IMG/VR virus record: IMGVR_UViG_3300043424_000514
Location: 8,871 to 72,870 of that record
DNA length: 64,000 bases
Source of the DNA: a virus
Direction: 5' to 3' (one strand)
The position numbers and the translations under genes were made by a program. The notes beneath the pieces are model-generated. The model saw nothing but the letters and a program-made list of their open reading frames with translations. It had not been told where the DNA came from and made no database searches. Below, piece after piece: positions 39,201 through 45,777 of this stretch. How positions within the stretch are numbered: the first letter of the stretch is position 1; each line of letters begins with the position of its first letter.

Positions 39201-42187
39201 AAGAGGGGACGACTTACACCGGCAAGAAGGTGGAGACCGGTGGCTGGTTCGCCTCCGACGCCTTGGCGACGGATGGAGTGACCGCGATGTTCGATCGCAA
39301 GACGAACCGCGAGTCCTTCGGCAAGCAGCAGGCCGAATTTTATGACAAGGCCCTGGGCAGGGCGCTGAAGAAATACGAGGGCCAGTTCAACCCCAAAGAT
39401 GTCAACGACGCCCTGGGGAATATCGAAAACCCGCTCACCGAGGCGCAGGCCAGGGAGATCGACGAACTCGTGGCGACCAACCAAGAGGCGGATGCCGCCG
39501 TGCTGAAGAACGATTACATGGAGGCTAACCGCGCCGACTTCCGCAGGCGGCAGGCCGAGGCCCGCAAGCGTCTGCCCGAGGAGGTCGTGAAGATCATCGA
39601 GGAGATGCGCGACACGGTCGATCCGCTCAGTAGCTACGCCGACGAGAAGATGGGCTTCTCGACCGCCGCCAACCAAGGAATCTACCTGAACCGCGCTTAC
39701 CTGATTTTCGGGGACGAGAAGACAAGAGAGCTTCACCAAAAACAAATCCGCGAGAACCCTGTGGTGATGGAGAACCTAAAGAACTACCTCTCCCGACAAC
39801 TCGCGGAGCAGGACGCCGAGGCTTTGATCCGCCGAGCCACCCGCGAAGGGCGAATCCTCCCTAGGGAAGAAGCCTTGGTCCAAGCCACCGCCAATTTGTC
39901 GCCGACAGATTTGGGCGCGGCGATCGAGCGCGTGCTCAATGCGGGGGATAAAGGAGTCGGCTCCTTGTTTGTCTCGGGGCGCATCCCTGGGCAAAAGAAC
40001 CTGAAAATCTTTGATGCCCGCGGCAACATCGCCAAGGAAATCCAAGCGGCCTGGGGCGTGGTCGAAGACCCTGGCACGAACTACGCGAACACCGTCATCA
40101 AGCTCGCGAACCTGGTCGCCAACGACAAGTTCTTGCAAGAACTCAAGGCGGCGGGGCTGGAGTCGGGCACGCTCTACGACCCTAGGGACCCGAAGAACCT
40201 GAACGAGGAGGACGGGCAACGACTCGCTGACGCCCGCTCGGCGGCTCTGGAGGCCGATCCGACACTGGCGGCGCGGTCGCGCTTCAAGCCAGAGTTGCTC
40301 GATCGGGCAATGATCGCCCAAGACCCTGTGGTGGCGAGCATCCTCGAACAGGCTGAAAGCAAAGTCCCTTCAAAATATGTAAAGCTATCCAGCGAGACGA
40401 ACAAATCGTTCGCTCCCGTCTCGGGTATGTATGCGGAGCCGCTCTTGTTCGAGTGGTTGACCACGAAGTTCCCGCCGAGGGGCGAGGAGAGTTGGTGGAT
40501 GAAAGCCCTTACGCAGGCAACGCTCGTCCCTATGGCGATGAAGACCGTAGGCAGCGTGACAGGGCAATTCCGAAACTACTACTCGGGCTATATGTCGCTG
40601 CTTTCTAATAGCAACTTGAGGTTTTGGGACCCTGAGTGGCGGGAGGATTTCAAAGCCGCGCACCGCATGACCTTCGGAGAAATCTATCGGGATGTGCGGG
40701 GAATCTCTACCGATGCCACAGCTCGCAAGGCGATGATGAAAGCCCGCGAAAGGCTTTCGGAGTTGGGAGTGACCGGCCAATCCGTGACGATGAACTTCAT
40801 GCAGGACTTGGCGCGGCTGAACTCTGGCAAGGAGAACGGCATCGTCAAAGGAATCGACGGGCTGGTTCAGAAATTCATCCAGACCTACGGAGCATCGGAC
40901 GACAATTTCAAAATCATCCACTACTTCAGCGAGCTTGGCAAATACCGCAGGGCGTTCCCTGATATGCCGCAGGCACAGCTTGAGGAAAAAGCCGCCGCGA
41001 TCGCCCGCGGGATTCATCAAACTTACGGAGACACTTACTCGGCGGTGAAGTCGTTGAAGAAAGTTCCGTTCATCGCGCCGTTCATCAGCTTCACCTCGGA
41101 GGTGATTCGCAATACGATTTATTCAGGGCGCTTGGCGTGGAACGAAGTCAAAGAAGGCCGTGCCACAGGGAATCGGGAACTCGAACGAATCGGGCTCCAA
41201 AGATTCGCCGGAATGAGCATTGCGGGCTTTGGCACCTTTGCATTGACGAGCATCAGCGCATCTCTTGTAGGGATCAGCGGCGAGGAGGAGCGGGAGTTCC
41301 GAAAGCTGCTGCCGGAGTGGCAGCGCAACAGCCAACTTCTTTTCACAGGGAAAGAAAACGGGAAGATTAGATTCGCTGATTTCAGTTTTAGTGACCCGCT
41401 ATCGTATCTGAAAACCCCTGCGATCGCTTTTAGCAGAGAAATCTGGAGCGGCGACGAACGCTCGTTCAACGAGAAAGTCGGTAAGGGAATTCTAAACGCC
41501 ATGCAAACCCTCGCGTCTCCGTTCGTCTCGGAGCAGTTGTTCTCGGGTTCTTTGATGCAGCTTTACTCGAACAAGGACGGATCAGGCAGGGAGATCGTGA
41601 ACTGGCAAGACGACCCCGCCGCGATTGCAGGGGCGGTAGGAGGGCACCTAATCCAGCCATTCCTGCCAGGAACATTCGACTCCCTAGGGCGCATTGGCAA
41701 AGCCTTTACCGGCTATGTCAGCCCGAGCGGTCGCTCCTATGACAAGGGGAACGAAATTATGAGCTTCTTCGGAGCGCGTATCTCCGAGGTGGATGTGCGC
41801 CAATCCCTAGGGTTCAAGACCAAGGCGTTCATGCAGAACTACCGCGAGGCGGCAGAACTGTTCACAGGGCCGTTCTTGTCCCGCGGCACGCAGGATAGCG
41901 AGAGCATCGTGGAAGGATACGAAAGCGCCAACAGCGCGGTTCAGCGGTTGTTCGGAGAACTGCGGGGAATCTACCTCGGGGCGGTTCGACTCGGCGTTCC
42001 TCAACGGGAAGTCCTCTCGATCCTCAAGGCAAACGGACTTTCAGAAGAAAATCTCGCGATGCTTCGCAGCGGCAAGTTCAAGCCCTACCAAGCCAGCAAG
42101 CAGGCAATCACAAAGAACAGGGAGGCGGGGATGCAAACCCGAATCTCAGACTACAACAAAGCGTATGCGGCGGCTCAAAGACCCTAA
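30221..42187 (+). CDS. giant polyvalent internal virion protein (zincin-like, WGR, ADP-ribosyltransferase, LPD38-like C-terminus)
   Basis: 3988-aa ORF; LEEMDHALTH...NLDEFV; WGR-like YNAYLQ..DGSWSVFGEFG..LQ...AKAVFDK.VEAK.KKY; ART-like WH...FD...G.GFYF...KNP...GIDGI...NPNQIKSA; LPEWQRN..L...DFSFSDP. Confidence 0.8.
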   Translation: MIIPYDQVEGYENYTPTLNEEEDKENLVPISSVPMKMREDLSLGEEFGRGFDRGLLQTKGLGLGLVGALGEAAGLDDVEEYGYTGAQEAMQAASAPELAGEVESIFDVGSPGDFMSYAAGLMGSQVPNLAISAVTGGVGGMVGKRAVSAAITEALEAKTAQLVGEGVAKEVAKRQAQVALSREMGVNMAEKLAAEKAAQIAATKTGIGVGTAVSGVGMEVGSIYSETRDLGLAVKYGVPAGLVEGIADRYFGGKIVDAIEGTSGTKGLKAAGKEFVKGIGVEGGEEGVQTALELQALEESGVEPGFELFSKEGAKRVTEGVAAGAVMGGGMATGVQGLKLGLTPLTQRALQDVETGLPPGTETPGTEQQDTTDEEKFYNFSPDAVTIDDGDDDPITARRFTIGTEKGWAIDNPTEEMQRRLVPLGNTGKVALVDGGKGYGDALKHILNNGGRVRNIDPSILDNEIADDDGEYVGLSSFTQDNKLAAGTGQQQGKVQGTDLEIDAEQRAFEDQLISKYGQLNNVLNATELLESTGAMPQGSFTGSEREALGGGLNQDERNAILAAVPSRELTKSKAQVERLIRETEEAAAKEGTTPELERRLNFLADVQGRIADFENLKTMQQTLGRKPLEGGAAGELSAGVSKTDPVEEKLAEWSRIVEERGKVDTEISSLQKLTAPSGGGSIFDALDAYEMMLSDSQKVSQEIAALKKAKADKNQIQAKMQELRNIEESARGLISESGNQDLFANEVRKQVVVEERNNSAAYKAWDALVQEADALQAERDTLVTEEDIKNFDESSKGKKLETIAQKIDKAYEQVVPTARLAEFYKNAAKVATAKRDEQRQVDQASQEQRLAAENNLKSATEKSRGLNTDVVYKTPDGNTVVGTLVPDPETGRALDQNGNLVIAPKSFEGSDKSDLVDTRTQYGDRFIRVPRENVLNIVPDKTVGVKTQAASQAKALGVENADQNSLAQNATAIAAKLNEQSEAREKELENSLEPVFTRDNKGKLVPSAVRRGETVGLRLEGREALHKTMYLPDGTTLVPTNAGIFRGVEGAGVDQRVVFDRYYVAKPKGAKAPTATNTVSLPVLRPGETLITLNDLSDEQKTSTGITRAKGGKWRTSELVSEDLWDNLYKAPKAAVFGTAKTPVGGVLAPTQKPTRSGTRMTQTPSVAETESGDLELQDVFTFEGDLTDAERILTTALGKFSATPTREELISAGFTPTNEKAEFEVARGKYALEEVQDVTIKDPLSGSGLDIPVKAGVFKDSKNPDAPAQVKLYAQFDLSKVYAAMEELEAKRKAPDTAQKNANIVRAEQSLAREVQDLQRLTLAQMNMGLDVRVREINGVPEAQFLSDYGFVASRNARASGNKGAFGNHIITEVTYNPNPDFKKGGDTFRRKAQSPRQTQQQAAATLTNTTLRGRGFDFKKTGLGSANQILGNFRRQMLDRAQEAKEKEAEAIESGSDLAARHAEALVKLTAFTRPMFERYAVPIRKHIEEAPGSTPEFKDRWRMQTELFLARELNKTQLRAMPDSVAAEMQKQIETKKRNADKIEPVRGKRRVKKKGKNYGQLVDDPYQSERQFKIRRREWQQKLDSEIAEIEEKFFRQMLPRATRGNTGVSEVNRLTKEIEDKKTAIRQSVAATKIKEKPSAEEIKKQISADSEVKKLTASFQQAKGDAAKKRWKTKLEARKAQIENNAIVERDPTEGEIETETRNRVQKDQDIYNLERKIEKLGEFTTAQDAMIDEFLGFIQAEAEKSGNQNQKALTENLRRLLARKEEAAKGGRKVFINVRKEVEKSESFADRQLQKQIKAEAKKLEATDERVKELKEKLKNAKPGNVLQLEKKLRLRKEALLEEAEYRLSKQGLFIGQNDQKAAESEELLDSAAKAMDSAQISGNDRMFEGAAQNFADRQQANEAEKFSDADRAIVEAFGKMMDEVKTLNIFGTTGRVKGILRQGFNEASKFKGAIEKQEFVDPQTGKAADAGSDLVQGMIRGQEDPLAFENYREPRKKDDAKRQEYLEDLAALKLRELAREANDKTKGDVDPNIVELALVKLFGGKFEGEVEGNYINETFEPLAKEYADVMEDFFAGTTARKEQQRIAEIEAARGKGERSTLTKEELEPLRKESSRISKIAFGVIENYLFNPNTKRTLSGKSLPTTEKVSLGIPGAPLASAPGANGTDVAQSNKNATAQPDRNPTREGSKAAVQSFVQGYAGLTDSDMVGLDDREIDAIYQAATSKADADMAAGAVDSVVAATPGMNALLEMSGKDLMRGYLRELEAEQTRGDAETILRENLRRAATTKMFKSNTDFLEYVSKMPQGIKRAAALRAKEFLKLNEQRGFNWNKIATQIAAFGKDGKQATWAGLLGTDMETGGHAIFLNLDQIHEGDIVETMLEEMDHALTHRIINAEAFGMKLNSVQQSARDRLRTDFKRAVLKAGEGMTELAEGARGLTPEQKVAFYSNAFKDMVAESPDQFRAYYNLTNLDEFVVGIKKDGSFIDLLKELGFSEKAEGGFSISQLLKDIFTSLAELVTGRRLDANSELARAFSDAWTLSTGRDAKQWTVPPTQLSMALGVEAASTSKATGSNETVRMRKDGGTAVYNAYLQQNEDGSWSVFGEFGDPTRKLQRAEKSKGKLDYEQAKAVFDKTVEAKSKKYSVIPEGPEGPQGPTGPNEGPQGPQGPQGPQGPAVTPRAQRTPGEYGRSFLPQSAPGRRSNVTRFNELTADLQGRNLTQTDLDAWKNANPEKYAELEKMREDAIKSSASNNGQKVFGPLWHISSETGLSENRFDPNKIGSQTDSGYLARGFYFAGSEDEARNSVGLQTSRSGKAYRVFVGFKNPLEVTLQSNSVGNWQYNDANKSVIEQLAKIVTPQKWNEFLTKYNYSAEELKELGLRPPSEIKNRDLSFYNFSLNAYNELFNFLGIDGIVTKLKNGAPFEVVGLSTVKNPTFNPNQIKSAEPLNLENGRLIPPTEWAQPENPNILYSAPGRRSNVTRMLLGKKEGTTYTGKKVETGGWFASDALATDGVTAMFDRKTNRESFGKQQAEFYDKALGRALKKYEGQFNPKDVNDALGNIENPLTEAQAREIDELVATNQEADAAVLKNDYMEANRADFRRRQAEARKRLPEEVVKIIEEMRDTVDPLSSYADEKMGFSTAANQGIYLNRAYLIFGDEKTRELHQKQIRENPVVMENLKNYLSRQLAEQDAEALIRRATREGRILPREEALVQATANLSPTDLGAAIERVLNAGDKGVGSLFVSGRIPGQKNLKIFDARGNIAKEIQAAWGVVEDPGTNYANTVIKLANLVANDKFLQELKAAGLESGTLYDPRDPKNLNEEDGQRLADARSAALEADPTLAARSRFKPELLDRAMIAQDPVVASILEQAESKVPSKYVKLSSETNKSFAPVSGMYAEPLLFEWLTTKFPPRGEESWWMKALTQATLVPMAMKTVGSVTGQFRNYYSGYMSLLSNSNLRFWDPEWREDFKAAHRMTFGEIYRDVRGISTDATARKAMMKARERLSELGVTGQSVTMNFMQDLARLNSGKENGIVKGIDGLVQKFIQTYGASDDNFKIIHYFSELGKYRRAFPDMPQAQLEEKAAAIARGIHQTYGDTYSAVKSLKKVPFIAPFISFTSEVIRNTIYSGRLAWNEVKEGRATGNRELERIGLQRFAGMSIAGFGTFALTSISASLVGISGEEEREFRKLLPEWQRNSQLLFTGKENGKIRFADFSFSDPLSYLKTPAIAFSREIWSGDERSFNEKVGKGILNAMQTLASPFVSEQLFSGSLMQLYSNKDGSGREIVNWQDDPAAIAGAVGGHLIQPFLPGTFDSLGRIGKAFTGYVSPSGRSYDKGNEIMSFFGARISEVDVRQSLGFKTKAFMQNYREAAELFTGPFLSRGTQDSESIVEGYESANSAVQRLFGELRGIYLGAVRLGVPQREVLSILKANGLSEENLAMLRSGKFKPYQASKQAITKNREAGMQTRISDYNKAYAAAQRP
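38327..39184 (+). repeat. exact 33-bp direct repeats (38327-38359, 39152-39184) flanking the ART domain
   Basis: TCCGCCCCAGGGCGGCGGTCGAATGTGACCAGG twice, 825 nt apart, in frame (SAPGRRSNVTR). Confidence 0.95.
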
Positions 42188-42389
42188 CCTATGGCCCCCT
42201 GGGGGCTGGCAATTTGAAGAACTTTGCACCGGCTGTAAGTTCCGCGGCAACTCGCTGGCCGACCTAGCCGAGAAGGTGCGCCTCCACAGGGAATCCAACG
42301 CCCTAGGGCGGGAGGACCTGGCGCTGGAGGACATCCAAGAACAGATCATCCTGCGAGCGCCGGAAGAATTCGACGGCTGGGAGGAGTAG
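42165..42389 (+). CDS. small hypothetical protein
   Basis: 74-aa ORF (PPGGWQF...) overlapping end of the giant gene. Confidence 0.55.
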   Translation: MRRLKDPNLWPPGGWQFEELCTGCKFRGNSLADLAEKVRLHRESNALGREDLALEDIQEQIILRAPEEFDGWEE

Positions 42390-42432
42390 TTCTTAATTGA
42401 ACGATCAGGGGGTTCAGGTGTCTAATACCCCC

Positions 42433-42894
42433 ATGAAAAAACTTGCTTTGATTCTTGGGCTCTTGGCTGCACCTGCTCTCCATGCGGACGATGACGCGGT
42501 GGCGACGGCGGTGAACGGAAACACCTTCTTCTCCAGCGGAGAGTCGGCAACGACTGTGGGAAAGAATACTTTTTTCTCGGACGGGGAGAGCGCCACGACA
42601 GTCGGGAAGAACACTTTTTATTCGGATGGCGAGACAGCCACGGTAGTCGGGAAGAATACCTTTTATTCGGACGGGGTGACTGCGACAACCGTGGGAAAGA
42701 ATACTTTTTATTCGGACGGCACGGTGGCGACTCAAGTGGGCAAGAACACCTTCGTCGATAGCGACGATGAGGAGGGGGCCGAGCGGGCGCTCAAGGCGGT
42801 GGCGATCCCGAGCGCGATCGAGTCCAATGAGGATTCATACAAAGGATACGAGGGGTTCAAGGGATACGAGGGTTATTCCTACGACGAAGAGTAA
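42433..42894 (+). CDS. secreted protein with 15-aa tandem repeats
   Basis: signal peptide MKKLALILGLLAAPALHA; about six ATTVGKNTF(F/Y)SDGxx repeats. Confidence 0.75.
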   Translation: MKKLALILGLLAAPALHADDDAVATAVNGNTFFSSGESATTVGKNTFFSDGESATTVGKNTFYSDGETATVVGKNTFYSDGVTATTVGKNTFYSDGTVATQVGKNTFVDSDDEEGAERALKAVAIPSAIESNEDSYKGYEGFKGYEGYSYDEE

Positions 42895-42898
42895 AAGA

Positions 42899-43043
42899 CG
42901 GCAGGGACGAGTTCGCGACCTCTTTTCAGGTGTGGGCTTTCGGGAGTCTAGGGTGCTCATGCACCGCCCATCCCGCCATGTTCCTTCACGCCGCAAGGAC
43001 GGAGAGGGATTACGCTGGCCGTAAATTAAACACCTGCCTGCCG
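42899..43043 (+). ncRNA. candidate structured RNA at the convergence of the two arms
   Basis: closing stems CGGCAGG/CCTGCCG and CAGGTGT/ACACCTG plus at least three internal hairpins; family not recognised. Confidence 0.35.
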
Positions 43044-43150
43044 AAAAATATAGGGGGTGCCGCCCTTCCGTGGTTAGAGGTTCTGCGGGCGGCTTGCAGT
43101 ATAGAAAGCGGGGTAACATGAAAGACACAAAACCCCCTCCCTCAAGACAC

Positions 43151-43681
43151 TCACGGCTTGTCTGTTTCTTCAAACACTGCGTCAATTTCACTGAGCGAGC
43201 GTCGTTTGTAAAGTTTGGCTTCCGAGTTCAAAAAATCAATATCTGACAGAACTGCGATGTTGACCGCGTTTGCGTTGGTCTGCTTCTCATCGAGGCCCGT
43301 GGCTCGACGCCCCATGTCCGCAGCCGTCTTCACTTTCTCAACCTTGAGAAGAAGGTCTTCCTCGGTCATTAGCTCAGTGAACTCCAAAATTCGATTGGCC
43401 GCGGTGTATTCCCGTTCGCGAATCTGATCGGCGCGTTCTTTCCACATCGCCTCATTCGCCTCGACGGCGTTCTGTTTAAGCTGTTTCTCGACCTTCTTGA
43501 TAACCCGAGGCGACAGTTCTTTGCCCAGCCAGTTCTGCCGGTAAGCGCGGGTTTTAATAGTGCCCTGCGGAACCTTGAACTTCTTGGAAAGCTCTTTGAA
43601 AGTCGTTCCGGCAATAAACATTCCCTTGATTGTCTTCCAATCAATCGCGTCCCTGCCCGTCAATGGGTCTTTCTTGGGCAT
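43151..43681 (-). CDS. terminase small subunit-like HTH protein
   Basis: DW..IK.MFIAG.TFKELSKKFKV..GTIKTRAYRQNW is the typical TerS N-terminal HTH. Confidence 0.65.
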   Translation of the reverse strand: MPKKDPLTGRDAIDWKTIKGMFIAGTTFKELSKKFKVPQGTIKTRAYRQNWLGKELSPRVIKKVEKQLKQNAVEANEAMWKERADQIREREYTAANRILEFTELMTEEDLLLKVEKVKTAADMGRRATGLDEKQTNANAVNIAVLSDIDFLNSEAKLYKRRSLSEIDAVFEETDKP

Positions 43682-43682
43682 A

Positions 43683-43928
43683 TTAAGGAATTATGATAGA
43701 CCTTTTCTCCTCGGGCTCGGCCTTTAACTCCTCGCGTTGCTTGGATATAAAAGCCTCCATCGTCGTCTCAACGATGGCTTGGCATTCGGGGTTGCTCTCG
43801 ATGGCGTTGAGCAGGAAAGCGTGTTGCACGAAGAGGCGGCGCAGGAAGTCGCGGTCTTCGTTGTCGTTGCCCTTGGGGTCAACGGCGTTGAGGTGGTTGG
43901 CGACGGCTTCGAGGAGATAGCTTTTCAT
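43683..43928 (-). CDS. hypothetical protein
   Basis: coupled ORF in minus-strand operon. Confidence 0.6.
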   Translation of the reverse strand: MKSYLLEAVANHLNAVDPKGNDNEDRDFLRRLFVQHAFLLNAIESNPECQAIVETTMEAFISKQREELKAEPEEKRSIIIP

Positions 43929-44107
43929 TTGATGGTCTTGCCCACGCTGGGCAGAGCTTTGACTTTATTGATAATCAGGTTGCGGACTTCGCGGTCCAGT
44001 TGCTCCAAGAACTCCTTGGAGACTCGTTCAAAGGGGTGGGCGGGGCGATGGGTCTTGGCGGCTTCGAGTGTGAAGTCGCGGCAGTTTTTTTGATTGATGT
44101 ATTTCAC
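43925..44107 (-). CDS. candidate histone-fold protein
   Basis: RVS.EFLE.LD.EV..LI...V......GKTIK resembles L1-alpha2-L2 of prokaryotic histones. Confidence 0.5.
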   Translation of the reverse strand: MKYINQKNCRDFTLEAAKTHRPAHPFERVSKEFLEQLDREVRNLIINKVKALPSVGKTIK

Positions 44108-44367
44108 CAGAGATTTTTACACGCCCAATAACCTGCTTTGGTTTTGTCTTTCTTGTCCTTGCAGTTGTGTCGGGCGTGGAAGTTTTTTCTACGCTTTTCG
44201 TTGTGGTGCTGCGTGAAGTCGGACATCGAGCTATCGCCGAAGTGAACCACTTTGACATTGCCCTTGTCCGACTTCACGAACACGGATTTCTTTTTACCTG
44301 CGGGAGTTACCCCCGCGATCTTTCGAGGGGAGTTGAGCGTGACTTTCTTGCCTTTCCATGTAGCCAT
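44104..44367 (-). CDS. basic phage protein of unknown function
   Basis: KVVHFGD...RRKNFHARHNC...AGYWAC pattern that I recall from other aquatic viruses. Confidence 0.7.
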   Translation of the reverse strand: MATWKGKKVTLNSPRKIAGVTPAGKKKSVFVKSDKGNVKVVHFGDSSMSDFTQHHNEKRRKNFHARHNCKDKKDKTKAGYWACKNLW

Positions 44368-44404
44368 GGGAGCAAGGTTGCACGGTTAATAATCTGATGC
44401 AACA

Positions 44405-44599
44405 TCAGAACGAGGCGCGGCGCAAAGGTTGTTGAACCGGCACCACGACGCCCCGATCCGTTACCTGATACACTACCTGGCTGGAGGGGCTAACGCTCTT
44501 GGGCGTTGATGACTTGCGGCAACCGCCACCAGCGGTGCAAAAGATTATGATTGGTGCGGACAAAACAATAAGTGCGGTGAATAGTCTTTCAGTAAACAT
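44405..44599 (-). CDS. small membrane protein
   Basis: hydrophobic N-terminus; shared leader upstream. Confidence 0.55.
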   Translation of the reverse strand: MFTERLFTALIVLSAPIIIFCTAGGGCRKSSTPKSVSPSSQVVYQVTDRGVVVPVQQPLRRASF

Positions 44600-44635
44600 A
44601 AGGTTAGTTTCTTTCTATGGTTGGTTGTTGGGTTA

Positions 44636-45118
44636 TTATCTCTGCTCCTCAAGCCACTCGGCGATGTTGTCGTAGTAGGCCCAATGCAGCAGGGAAATGG
44701 CTTGATCCTCCTCCAAGGCGGAGGGGAGGGGAGCGCATCGGCGCTCGCTCTGGGAGAGCAAAGCGTGGGTGAGAGCAGGGATCATTTCCCTCCACTGGAA
44801 AGGAAAGAGCCGGTGCATCACCGTCGCAACGAATCGGTCGGCCAGAACGAACGCATCAGCAAAATGCCTTGCGTCAGCGCCCCAGTGGGAACGATCCGCG
44901 CTCCAGTCAATCGTGGGGTAATCCTCCTCGAACGCCTCGTCCCCAAAGATCAGGCGGAAGGCGGCTTCCCACTCTCGGGTGTGGGCGACCCATGCACCAA
45001 GTTCAACCAGCAGGCCCTCGATCTTGGGGTCCCCTGGAGCTTGGAATCTTGGCTGCACCCTGGGGGTGTTGCGGTTGATGTGGTAGTAGGCTTCGGTTGG
45101 TAGGCAGGTTTGTGTCAT
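44636..45118 (-). CDS. hypothetical early protein
   Basis: start placed after shared leader. Confidence 0.6.
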   Translation of the reverse strand: MTQTCLPTEAYYHINRNTPRVQPRFQAPGDPKIEGLLVELGAWVAHTREWEAAFRLIFGDEAFEEDYPTIDWSADRSHWGADARHFADAFVLADRFVATVMHRLFPFQWREMIPALTHALLSQSERRCAPLPSALEEDQAISLLHWAYYDNIAEWLEEQR

Positions 45119-45155
45119 GTGGTTCCTTTCGGTTGTGTGTTTTGTTGTTGGGTTA

Positions 45156-45422
45156 TTACGATTCGGCATGAGTCATAACCGTTGTGCAGAGGCCGTCCTC
45201 GGCGCAGTTTTCGGTGATGATCCAGATTGCTCCGAGGGGAGTATCGAAACAAGAAACGGCGCGGTCGGGATCGACGGGGCCTTCCACGCATCCCCTGTCA
45301 CCCCGCCAGTGGCGGTCGATGTAGAGGTGGGCGAGCAGGCCGTCTTCGACGAGTTGGTGGGCCGCTTCGGTGAAGCGCATCATCCCCAAATCGAATTGTG
45401 GTTCTCCGAGTATGTCAGTCAT
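45156..45422 (-). CDS. hypothetical protein
   Basis: RHWRGD.G.V...IWIITE motif; coupled to upstream ORF. Confidence 0.55.
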   Translation of the reverse strand: MTDILGEPQFDLGMMRFTEAAHQLVEDGLLAHLYIDRHWRGDRGCVEGPVDPDRAVSCFDTPLGAIWIITENCAEDGLCTTVMTHAES

Positions 45423-45733
45423 GGCAGATGGTCCTTGTGGATCAGCAGAGCGGTTCCGAAGAACTCATGCTCCCCCGCCAGCACGACCGCCAGCAGGTTC
45501 TCCTCGCCGATCTTGTTGGCGTCCGCCACTACGACATAGTCCTCGACCCGATACTGCGGGCCGCTTCCGTCCTCCTCCAAAGAAAAGAACGGGCCGCTCC
45601 CGTCGTCCGTCACAGGAGCCGTGATCCGCACGGGCCCGACATAGGAGCAAAGCTCCTCCTCGGTGAACCTCCCGTTTTCGGGGGAGATGTCCTCGATTGT
45701 CGCATCGGTGTATAGTATTTTTGATATGGTCAT
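45419..45733 (-). CDS. hypothetical protein
   Basis: P.NG.FT.EEL...VG pattern; gene packing. Confidence 0.55.
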   Translation of the reverse strand: MTISKILYTDATIEDISPENGRFTEEELCSYVGPVRITAPVTDDGSGPFFSLEEDGSGPQYRVEDYVVVADANKIGEENLLAVVLAGEHEFFGTALLIHKDHLP

Positions 45734-45777
45734 GGTTGAGTTTAGACATGGGTTGTGTCGTTTCGTTCAATAAAAAA

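Noticed and set aside
30221-42187. Giant ORF as an N4- or crAss-type virion RNA polymerase
   Set aside because: I found no DFDGD/DxDxD or T7-like polymerase motifs; a divergent polymerase cannot be excluded without structure prediction.
42500-42760. 45-nt periodic repeats as a CRISPR array
   Set aside because: In-frame coding repeats with synonymous variation and no unique spacers; no cas genes in the window.
42899-43100. tRNA or hammerhead ribozyme
   Set aside because: No T-loop GTTCRA in a cloverleaf context, no CCA end and no CUGANGA core; I recognised no tRNA or rRNA anywhere in the window.
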